Origin: a virus
IMG/VR virus record: IMGVR_UViG_3300032249_000542
Span: 96,001-160,000 of that record
Length of the DNA stretch: 64,000 bases
Reading direction: 5' to 3' (one strand)
Part shown: in pieces, positions 38,457-45,857 of the stretch
Position numbering within the stretch: position 1 is the first letter of the stretch
Layout: each line of letters opens with the position of its first letter
Notes under the pieces: generated by a model
Databases searched by the model: none
Told to the model about the DNA's origin: nothing
The model's input: only the letters and a program-made list of their open reading frames with translations
Program-made: the position numbers and the translations under genes

Positions 38457-39629
38457 ATGGCAAGTCGTTCAGAGAGTCGTCAGAAGTTTTTGAATGCTGT
38501 TATCGCACTCGGTAAAACCGAAGTGACCCGTCCAGAAGTTTTCGCAATCGCTGAAAATATTGGAATCCCAGTACCTCAATGGTTTTTAAAAGAAGATGAA
38601 TATCGTGCAGGTCGTGGTTTATATCGTGTACCACAATTAACTGCAAAAGTTTTAGCAATGCCTATTAAGGAAGAGCCTGTAATGGAAACTAAGTCTGGTC
38701 ACCGTATCACCAATGTTACTACTGACCTTGAGACTGAGGACCTAGTACCTAAGGTTCATCCAAACTATGTTCCTTTCGGAAACTTTGATGATATCCTGAA
38801 TATCGTTAAGTCAAATACTTTTTATCCCGTATTCATCACAGGTCAATCTGGTAATGGTAAAACCATGTCAGTTGAACAGGCTTGTGCAAAAGCAAAACGT
38901 AAATTCGTTTGCGTATCAATGACACCTGATACCGATGAATCTGATTTGCTTGGTAACTACGTTTTGATTAACGGTCAGATGGAATGGCGTGACGGTCCTG
39001 TTACCGTTGCAGCACGACAAGGTGCTGTATTGTGTATCGATGAAATTGACTACGGTGCAAACAATCTTGCATCATTGCAACGTGTCCTCGAAGGCAAACC
39101 ATTCTTGTTGAAGAAAAAGAATGAACTAGTTGCACCTGCTCCTGGGTTTACTGTTATAGCAACTGCTAATACCAAGGGTAAAGGTTCAGAGGATGGTCGT
39201 TACATGTACACCAACGTACTAAACGAAGCGTTCCTTGAGCGTTTCATTAATACGATGGAACAAGATTGGCCAACAACTATGATCGAACGCAAGATCATCA
39301 AGAAAGAACTTGCTTCGGTTGGTCGTAGCGATGATGAGTTTGCAGAGAAACTTGTTACTTGGGCAGATGTTATTCGTAAAACATTTGCAGAAGGCGGTGT
39401 TGACGAAGTGATTTCTACTCGCCGTTTAGTACACATTACTCGCACCTTTGGTGTGTTCGGTAACAAGATGAAGGCAATCGAATTGTGCTTGAATCGTTTT
39501 GACATTGATACCAAAACATCTTTCTTAGACTTGTACACTAAGGTTGATGCAGGTGCTAATACCGAAACTATCTTGGCACAAACTCAGGAAGAAACAACAC
39601 CTGAAACAACTACAGATATACCTTTCTAA
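38457..39629 (+). CDS. cobS: CobS/MoxR-like AAA+ ATPase
   Basis: GQSGNGKT, CIDEID, ATANTKGKG, NEAFLERF, ISTRRL. Confidence 0.88.
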   Translation: MASRSESRQKFLNAVIALGKTEVTRPEVFAIAENIGIPVPQWFLKEDEYRAGRGLYRVPQLTAKVLAMPIKEEPVMETKSGHRITNVTTDLETEDLVPKVHPNYVPFGNFDDILNIVKSNTFYPVFITGQSGNGKTMSVEQACAKAKRKFVCVSMTPDTDESDLLGNYVLINGQMEWRDGPVTVAARQGAVLCIDEIDYGANNLASLQRVLEGKPFLLKKKNELVAPAPGFTVIATANTKGKGSEDGRYMYTNVLNEAFLERFINTMEQDWPTTMIERKIIKKELASVGRSDDEFAEKLVTWADVIRKTFAEGGVDEVISTRRLVHITRTFGVFGNKMKAIELCLNRFDIDTKTSFLDLYTKVDAGANTETILAQTQEETTPETTTDIPF

Positions 39630-39643
39630 TCAACATGATTACC

Positions 39644-39672
39644 AGAGAGAGTATTGACTTACTCTCTCTTTT
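39644..39672 (+). terminator. Intrinsic terminator whose loop is a -35 hexamer
   Basis: AGAGAGAGTA-TTGACT-TACTCTCTCT followed by TT. Confidence 0.7.
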
Positions 39673-39682
39673 GTAGTATGAT
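39654..39682 (+). promoter_or_regulatory. sigma70 promoter for the HTH gene
   Basis: TTGACT-17 nt-TATGAT. Confidence 0.75.
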
Positions 39683-39688
39683 GTACAT

Positions 39689-39732
39689 ATTGCAGAGAAA
39701 GACTGCCTCTGTGATGTTTCTAAAGCGCAGTC
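39689..39732 (+). promoter_or_regulatory. Predicted H-type RNA pseudoknot in 5' UTR
   Basis: Stem 1 ATTGCAGAG (39689-97) / CTCTGTGAT (39707-15); loop GACTGC (39701-06) complementary to GCAGTC (39727-32). Confidence 0.6.
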
Positions 39733-39752
39733 ATATTTTATGGAGTTTTTGA

Positions 39753-40028
39753 ATGAAGTCAGCTAAACAAAAAGTGCTTGCATATCTTTCTAAAGAAGAT
39801 GGTTACAACACACTAACACCAAACAAAATGCAATCACTCTACGGTATTGCAAATCCATCAGCAACCATCAATGAGTTGCGTAACGATGGTCATGCGATCT
39901 ATTTCAATAGCCGCATCAACAGCAACGGCGAGAAAGTTTCTTTCTACCGTTTAGGCACACCTACTAAGCGTATCGTTGCTGCAGGTATTGCTGCTATTCG
40001 TGCCCAAGGCGAACGTGCTTTTGCCTAA
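39753..40028 (+). CDS. Small winged-HTH nucleic-acid-binding protein
   Basis: KQKVLAYL...YGIANPSATINELRNDGHAI...YRLGTP pattern; GGAG SD. Confidence 0.7.
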   Translation: MKSAKQKVLAYLSKEDGYNTLTPNKMQSLYGIANPSATINELRNDGHAIYFNSRINSNGEKVSFYRLGTPTKRIVAAGIAAIRAQGERAFA

Positions 40029-40047
40029 TTTCTAGGCGAAAAATCTG

Positions 40048-40088
40048 GAGAGTGGAGATATATAATAGTGTCTCCCTCTCTTTTTTTT
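40048..40088 (+). terminator. Intrinsic terminator with TATAAT-containing loop
   Basis: GAGAG(T)GGAGATAT-ATAATA-GTGTCTCC-CTCTC plus T8. Confidence 0.75.
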
Positions 40089-40099
40089 ATGGATAAACT

Positions 40100-40894
40100 A
40101 TGGAAATACAAGTAAAAATAGATGAATTGAGAAAAAATAAACTGTTTGTTGCAACCCCAATGTATGGTGGTATGGCAAATGGCTTGTATGTCAAGTCCAG
40201 TCTTGATCTACAGGCAGTCATGTCAAGATACGGAGTTGAAACTAAGTTTTCTTTCCTATTCAATGAATCACTAATCACACGAGCAAGAAATTATCTAGTA
40301 GATGAATTCCTCCGCTCTGAATGCACACACTTACTCTTTATCGATTCTGATATTCATTATGATCCACGTGACGTTATCGCATTGATGGCACTTGATAAAG
40401 ATGTTATTGGTGCTCCTTACCCTAAGAAGTCAATCAACTGGGGTAACATTGCAAGCGCAGCTCGCAAGCATCCAAACCTTGATCCCAAAGAACTTGAAAC
40501 CCTTGTTGGTGAATATGTTTTCAATGTGGTTAAAGGTACATCACAATTTCAAGTTACAGAACCACTTGAAGTGATGGAAATTGGTACAGGGTTCATGATG
40601 GTAAAACGTGAGGTATTCGGAAAGTATGCGGAAGCATATCCAGAGTATCGTTACAAACCAGATCATGTTGGTCAAGCAAACTTTGATGGTTCAAGATACA
40701 TTCATGCGTATTTTGATACAGTCATTGATCCTGAATCTGAGCGTTACTTGTCAGAGGATTACATGTTCTGTCAATGGTGGCGTAAAATCGGTGGACAGAT
40801 TTATCTTTGTCCATGGATGAAAACGCAACACATCGGTACCTATGCTTTCTCTGGCAATATGCCAAAGGTAGCGGAACTAACTGGTAAACTGTAA
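40100..40894 (+). CDS. GT-A-fold glycosyltransferase-like protein
   Basis: FVATPMYGG, ESLITRARN, LFIDSDI (DxD), GTGFMMV, LSEDYMFC. Confidence 0.75.
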   Translation: MEIQVKIDELRKNKLFVATPMYGGMANGLYVKSSLDLQAVMSRYGVETKFSFLFNESLITRARNYLVDEFLRSECTHLLFIDSDIHYDPRDVIALMALDKDVIGAPYPKKSINWGNIASAARKHPNLDPKELETLVGEYVFNVVKGTSQFQVTEPLEVMEIGTGFMMVKREVFGKYAEAYPEYRYKPDHVGQANFDGSRYIHAYFDTVIDPESERYLSEDYMFCQWWRKIGGQIYLCPWMKTQHIGTYAFSGNMPKVAELTGKL

Positions 40895-41238
40895 TGGAAC
40901 AGATTGGCCGTAAGTTTGATGGTGAGAAACTAGAGTATGGTTTATTGCCACCGCTTGCATTAAAGGCCACGGTTGACGTATTGACGTTTGGTGCTCAGAA
41001 GTATGAACGAGGTAATTGGAAGTACGTTTCTGAATCCAAACGAAGATATTTTGATGCATTGCATCGGCACATATGGGAATGGAAAGAAGGTGAACAACTA
41101 GATCCTGAATCTGGTAAACATCATCTAGCTCATGCCATATGTTGCTTGATGTTTTTGTATGAACATGATATACTCTATTCTATTGATGACAATTTTAATA
41201 ATGAGGCAAAAAATGAAGCTATCCAAAGAAACAGTTGA
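40894..41238 (+). CDS. dATP/dGTP diphosphohydrolase N-terminal-domain-like protein (DUF5664-type)
   Basis: GRKFDGEK, VLTFGAQKY...NW, DPESGKHHLAHAICCL. Confidence 0.75.
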   Translation: MEQIGRKFDGEKLEYGLLPPLALKATVDVLTFGAQKYERGNWKYVSESKRRYFDALHRHIWEWKEGEQLDPESGKHHLAHAICCLMFLYEHDILYSIDDNFNNEAKNEAIQRNS

Positions 41239-41893
41239 GATTCTTAAAAACTACGGTGCTATCAATCAAGGTATGTACTTCCGTCAAGGTAAGTTTTTAA
41301 AGACTGTCAACTCCCACAAAAACATTCTAACAAGCGCACAGATTGACGAGGATATTCCAGTTAATTTTGGTGTGTATGATATCAACAACTTCCTAAGTGT
41401 TATATCACTTGACGAATCACCAGAGTTTGAATTCAGTTCAAATGATGTTAAGATTAAGTGTAAAGGTGGTCGTAGCATCATCAAGTATGGATTCTGCCAA
41501 CCAGACTTAATTGTTTGTGCTCCAGAAAAAGACTTGGTAATGCCAGATCCAGAAATTCAATTCAATCTTTCACAAGATGACTTGAAGTGGATTCTACGTA
41601 GTGCAAGTGTATTATCTACACCGCAAGTTGTTGTTGAATCTGATGGTGCAGATATAAATGTTACTGCAACCGATCTTTCTAATGACGCTACTAATGTCAA
41701 CACACTAAGAGTTGGTGACGGTAACGGTAGTGCATACAAAATGATTTTCAAGGCTGAGTTCCTTGAGAAACTTATGTCTGGTAATTACGAAGTGAAGATT
41801 TCTTCTAAAGGTATCTCACATTTCAAAAACACTGGCCGTAAGATTGAATACTGGATTACTACTGAAACTGGTAGTAAATTTTCTGCATCCTAA
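41213..41893 (+). CDS. gp45: Sliding clamp gp45
   Basis: MKLSKETVEILKNY..IN, FGVYDINNFL, YEVKISSKGISHF, YWI..E; ATG at 41213 after GAGG. Confidence 0.93.
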   Translation: MKLSKETVEILKNYGAINQGMYFRQGKFLKTVNSHKNILTSAQIDEDIPVNFGVYDINNFLSVISLDESPEFEFSSNDVKIKCKGGRSIIKYGFCQPDLIVCAPEKDLVMPDPEIQFNLSQDDLKWILRSASVLSTPQVVVESDGADINVTATDLSNDATNVNTLRVGDGNGSAYKMIFKAEFLEKLMSGNYEVKISSKGISHFKNTGRKIEYWITTETGSKFSAS

Positions 41894-41908
41894 TAGGACA
41901 TTTATATT

Positions 41909-42076
41909 ATGAAACAATTCTTTACTCCTAAAGAAGAATACATTGCTGTTCTCCAAACAGAAATGGAAACATTGTTGCGTTATTACTTTAATCCAAATAA
42001 AGAAGGTACAGGACACTACAACACAGCAGCAAGTGTCCTGTCCGAAAGAATTAAAGAATTACAAGCGCAAGTTTAA
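41909..42076 (+). CDS. Small hypothetical protein (55 aa, not in ORF track)
   Basis: MKQFFTPKEEYIAVLQ...EGTGHYNTAASVLSERIKELQAQV; AGGA SD; fills the gp45-gp44 gap. Confidence 0.7.
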   Translation: MKQFFTPKEEYIAVLQTEMETLLRYYFNPNKEGTGHYNTAASVLSERIKELQAQV

Positions 42077-42101
42077 ATTATGATTTTTGTGAAAGGTTCT
42101 A

Positions 42102-43034
42102 ATGGAACATATATTATGGACAGAGAAGTATCGTCCTCAAACGATAGAAAACTGTATCCTACCAGAACGATTGAAAAAACCATTTCAGGAATACGTCAAT
42201 CAAAAGACTATTCCGAATCTTCTATTGAGTGGTGGCCCAGGAGTCGGAAAGACAACTGTAGCCAAAGCAATGTGCAACGAGATAGGATGCGATTATCTAG
42301 TAATCAATGGTTCTGACGAATCTGGTATTGATACATTCCGCACTAAAATAAAGCACTACGCTTCTTCTATGTCATTTGATGGTAATCGTAAGGTTATCAT
42401 CATTGACGAAGCGGATTATCTAAATCCTAATTCTACACAACCTGCTCTGCGTAATGCGATTGAAGAATTCGCAGGAAACTGCTCATTCATCTTTACTTGT
42501 AATTTCAAGAATCGTATTATTGATCCACTTCATTCACGGTGTGCTGTGATTGAGTTTGGTATGAAGAACGGTGAGAAAGAAAAGATGGCTTCGCAGTTTT
42601 TCAAGCGAATTCAGGAGATTTTGCAAAGTGAAAAAATCGAGTTTGATAAGGCAGTTGTTGCCGAGTTAGTCAAGAAACACTTTCCAGACTTCCGTCGTGT
42701 CGTTAATGAACTGCAAAGGTATTCAAAGTTTGGTGAGATCAATCAAGGTATCCTTGCACAGATATCATCAACAAAAATTTCTGACATTGTAAAACACATT
42801 TCTGCAAAAGACTTTGGTTCCATTCGTAAATGGGCAGCGACAGAAGATATCGATCCTACTACAGTTTTCAGAATGATTTACGATAACATGTATGATATAT
42901 TGAAACCAAATTCAATTCCAAAAGCAGTTTGTATTCTTGCTGACTATCAGTACAAGAATGCTTTTGTTGCTGATCCTGAAATCAATATGGTTGCATGTTT
43001 GACTGAACTGATGGTTGAATGTGAATTTCAATAA
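42102..43034 (+). CDS. gp44: Clamp loader large subunit gp44
   Basis: WTEKYRP, GPGVGKTT, IIDEAD, SRC. Confidence 0.96.
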   Translation: MEHILWTEKYRPQTIENCILPERLKKPFQEYVNQKTIPNLLLSGGPGVGKTTVAKAMCNEIGCDYLVINGSDESGIDTFRTKIKHYASSMSFDGNRKVIIIDEADYLNPNSTQPALRNAIEEFAGNCSFIFTCNFKNRIIDPLHSRCAVIEFGMKNGEKEKMASQFFKRIQEILQSEKIEFDKAVVAELVKKHFPDFRRVVNELQRYSKFGEINQGILAQISSTKISDIVKHISAKDFGSIRKWAATEDIDPTTVFRMIYDNMYDILKPNSIPKAVCILADYQYKNAFVADPEINMVACLTELMVECEFQ

Positions 43035-43420
43035 TGAGTAACCCTTTTGATTATGTTAAAGAAATTCTTCAAGGCAAGAAGAATATCATAAAAGATGCAG
43101 AGTCAGAAAAAGACTATGTTCCATATCTGGTCAACCGTAGTATTTCGTATCATTATGATTGTGTCATGTGGGCAAATGAGATGAATATTCGTTCATCTGC
43201 TGACAAAAAGATGCAATTTGACTTTTTACTAAATACTGTACGGTCAACGAAAAGACCATTTGCTAAGTGGATTAAGCGTGAATCAAGTGACGATATAGAA
43301 TGTTTGAAGTTACTTTATGGATATTCCAATCAAAAAGCCCTTGAAGCTCTACGCCTACTTAGTGATGAACAAATCCAAGAACTAAAAGAAAAAACTCGAA
43401 AGGGTGGATTAAGGAAATGA
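43034..43420 (+). CDS. gp62: Clamp loader small subunit gp62
   Basis: YVPYLVNR, ANEMN, QFDFLLN, YGYSNQKA; synteny. Confidence 0.92.
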   Translation: MSNPFDYVKEILQGKKNIIKDAESEKDYVPYLVNRSISYHYDCVMWANEMNIRSSADKKMQFDFLLNTVRSTKRPFAKWIKRESSDDIECLKLLYGYSNQKALEALRLLSDEQIQELKEKTRKGGLRK

Positions 43421-43421
43421 T

Positions 43422-43826
43422 ATGGCTGATATTTCTAAGTTTGTTGAAGTCGAACTAGGTGAAGAAGATGACTTTCTGAAGGTACGTGAAACTCTAACAA
43501 GAATTGGTGTTTCATCACGCAAGGAAAGAATCCTCTATCAATCTTGTCACATTTTACACAAACAAGGTAGATATTATATAGTACACTTTAAAGAACTTTT
43601 TGCATTAGATGGCAAACCATCTAATATTTCAGAGAACGATATTCAACGTAGAAATACGATTGCAAATCTTTTGGAACAATGGGGATTAGTGAAGATTATG
43701 AATTCACAAGTTGTCAAAGATAACATGGCACCTATCCATCAGATTAAAATTATATCATTTAAAGATAAAGACGATTGGGACTTAGTAACTAAATATAATA
43801 TAGGTAAGAAGAAATCTGATTACTAA
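43422..43826 (+). CDS. regA: Translational repressor RegA
   Basis: DDFLKVRETLTRIG, LYQSCHILHKQGRYYIVHFKELFALDG. Confidence 0.96.
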   Translation: MADISKFVEVELGEEDDFLKVRETLTRIGVSSRKERILYQSCHILHKQGRYYIVHFKELFALDGKPSNISENDIQRRNTIANLLEQWGLVKIMNSQVVKDNMAPIHQIKIISFKDKDDWDLVTKYNIGKKKSDY

Positions 43827-43840
43827 AATGGTGATTAATC

Positions 43841-44023
43841 ATGCACAAAGCGAAAGTAAATCCAACGAAGTTGGTAAACAAATATACTAAAGAAGAAGTA
43901 TATACTAGAAATTACGATGATGTGATTAGAGAAGGAGCTAACGAATTCGTTCGTGTCTTTACTCAATCAAATCCTCAAAGAACTTATCTTGTCAATCGCA
44001 CAGCGTTTGAGATTGCCAAGTAA
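43841..44023 (+). CDS. Small hypothetical protein
   Basis: 60 aa, GGTG SD, fills the gap after regA. Confidence 0.6.
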   Translation: MHKAKVNPTKLVNKYTKEEVYTRNYDDVIREGANEFVRVFTQSNPQRTYLVNRTAFEIAK

Positions 44024-44025
44024 GT

Positions 44026-44079
44026 CGTGATGCCTTCGGGGTCACGTATTTTAACTTGCTTAATAAGGAGAGTAACATG
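44026..44079 (+). promoter_or_regulatory. ROSE-like RNA thermometer leader of hsp20
   Basis: cUUCGg hairpin at 44026-46, then CTTGCTT-AAT-AAGGAG, where UUGCU pairs with the SD with a bulged G. Confidence 0.65.
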
Positions 44080-44547
44080 GTAGGACGCATTTCATTTGGA
44101 CCTTTGTTCCATCAAACACTTGGCTTTGAAAACTTTATTCGTGATGTTGAGAAAATGCTTGACAATGAAGTTAAACCTTCAACATTTCCACCACATAACA
44201 TCATCAAAGCAGATGAGAACAAATATGTGGTAGAACTTGCTGTTGCAGGTTTTGCAAAAGACGAAATCGATATCTCACTACAAGATGGTAACCTAACCAT
44301 CAAGGGTGACAAGAAAGATAAAGATGAATCCAATTATCTATATCGTGGTATCGGCACTCGCTCTTTTACCAAAGTCATTACAATCGCAGACACCATTGAA
44401 GTAAAGGGTGCTGAGATCAAAGATGGTATTCTACGTGTTGGACTTGAGAACATCATTCCAGAACACAAGAAACCACGCAAGATTGAAATCAGCAATGAAC
44501 TAAAAGAGTTTAAGCCACAACTTCTACAAGAAAAAGTTGCAGCATAA
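44077..44547 (+). CDS. hsp20: Small heat-shock protein Hsp20 (IbpA-like)
   Basis: FPPHNII, ELAVAGF, YLYRGIGTRSF, GILRVGL..IIPE.KKPRKIEI. Confidence 0.93.
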   Translation: MVGRISFGPLFHQTLGFENFIRDVEKMLDNEVKPSTFPPHNIIKADENKYVVELAVAGFAKDEIDISLQDGNLTIKGDKKDKDESNYLYRGIGTRSFTKVITIADTIEVKGAEIKDGILRVGLENIIPEHKKPRKIEISNELKEFKPQLLQEKVAA

Positions 44548-44550
44548 ACG

Positions 44551-44572
44551 GTGGGGCTTCATGCCCCACTTT
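44551..44572 (+). terminator. Hairpin/terminator after hsp20
   Basis: GTGGGGC-TTCAT-GCCCCAC-TTT. Confidence 0.65.
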
Positions 44573-44586
44573 CTGAAAGATATATT

Positions 44587-44769
44587 ATGAAAAAATCAAA
44601 CAGTCAATACAAAATGCCTAAAGAGACTAAGCGTTTGCTTATGGGAATGTCAGGCGATCACAAAAGTAATTATCGCAAAGCAACAATACAAGCAGATGTT
44701 CAACCTAAATTAGACTTCATGTTTAGAGACAAGAAGAAAAATAAAGGTGAGTCTAAAAATGAAGAATAA
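44587..44769 (+). CDS. Small basic hypothetical protein
   Basis: ATG at 44587 (MKKSNSQYKMPKETKRLL...). Confidence 0.55.
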   Translation: MKKSNSQYKMPKETKRLLMGMSGDHKSNYRKATIQADVQPKLDFMFRDKKKNKGESKNEE

Positions 44770-45196
44770 ATTTGTAAATGCACACATGAAGGTTGCAGAA
44801 ACTTATGCTCAACTTTCTAGTGCTAGACGATTACAAGTTGGTTGTGTTATAGTAAAGAATGACACTATCATTGGTATCGGTTACAACGGTATGCCTTCTG
44901 GTTGGGATAACAAATGTGAGGATGATGTTTATGTGGATGATATGCATGTAAAACTAGTCACTAAACCAGAAGTGATTCATGCAGAGGCAAATGCACTTGC
45001 AAAGGTAACCCGCTCAACTAATTCTTCAGAAGGTGCTTCCATATTTGTTACACATGCTCCTTGCATGGATTGTGCAAAACAAATCTATCAAGCGGGAATT
45101 TCGGAAGTGATTTTTAAACATCTCAACTTAAAAAACAATGATGGGATAGACTTTTTAACAAAATGCAATATTCCAATTCGCCAATATGAACCCTAA
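44759..45196 (+). CDS. cd: dCMP deaminase
   Basis: GYNG, HAEANA, PCMDC. Confidence 0.92.
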   Translation: MKNKFVNAHMKVAETYAQLSSARRLQVGCVIVKNDTIIGIGYNGMPSGWDNKCEDDVYVDDMHVKLVTKPEVIHAEANALAKVTRSTNSSEGASIFVTHAPCMDCAKQIYQAGISEVIFKHLNLKNNDGIDFLTKCNIPIRQYEP

Positions 45197-45311
45197 TGAT
45201 GTTATTCGTTTGTTGACAAGAATTCTTCCATGGATACCAAGTATTAACGACGGAATTCGAAATGAGATACAACAAATAATTGACCAACTTAAAGCACAAC
45301 AACGCCAATAA
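45186..45311 (+). CDS. Small hypothetical protein (41 aa, not in ORF track)
   Basis: MNPNDVIRLLTRILPWIP...IIDQLKAQQRQ; fills the gap. Confidence 0.45.
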   Translation: MNPNDVIRLLTRILPWIPSINDGIRNEIQQIIDQLKAQQRQ

Positions 45312-45333
45312 TTTATTAACTGAGGAAAAATAT

Positions 45334-45558
45334 ATGAACATTCGTGAGCTCGCAAAAAACATCGCATCACAAAAGAACGCACCTAAGGCATACAAGTATG
45401 ACTTGTTCCTTCGTGACTTTGACAACAAGGTAGAGTTGTTGGGTCTTGTTGATGACCCAACGTATGATATGAAAGACTTTGTTGGAAGGGAAATGTTATT
45501 CCCTCGCAAGTGGGTAACCCTAAGAGTTTTAGATGCTGATATGAAGGTGGCAGTATAA
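45334..45558 (+). CDS. Hypothetical protein
   Basis: ATG at 45334 after GAGG SD. Confidence 0.65.
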   Translation: MNIRELAKNIASQKNAPKAYKYDLFLRDFDNKVELLGLVDDPTYDMKDFVGREMLFPRKWVTLRVLDADMKVAV

Positions 45559-45857
45559 TGATAAAACTACTCACACTAAAAACAAATCATACCCTAATGG
45601 GGAATGTTGAAGATTTACCAGAATTTAATTATGTGACTATTAAAGAACCTGTACAGGTGGTACAGATTCCACCACGTGCGGCAAACGATACTGGAAGTAT
45701 TGCTTTTTCTCCATTTTTAGATTATACTAATGAATTCAGAAGTGGAATACAGATTATAAAAAATGATATTCTAACCACTACTACGCCTATACTTGAATTA
45801 GAAAATCAGTATAACTCTATCTTCGGATCCGGAATACAAATTGCAAAAACACTTTAA
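45558..45857 (+). CDS. Conserved T4-like hypothetical protein upstream of gp43
   Basis: IKLLTLK, YNSIFGSGI; TAATG coupling on both sides. Confidence 0.65.
   Translation: MIKLLTLKTNHTLMGNVEDLPEFNYVTIKEPVQVVQIPPRAANDTGSIAFSPFLDYTNEFRSGIQIIKNDILTTTTPILELENQYNSIFGSGIQIAKTL

Noticed and set aside
42080-42316. 78-aa ORF overlapping the start of gp44
   Set aside because: Its 5' end coincides with the gp44 ribosome-binding region, the product has no recognisable features, and it overlies conserved Walker A codons.
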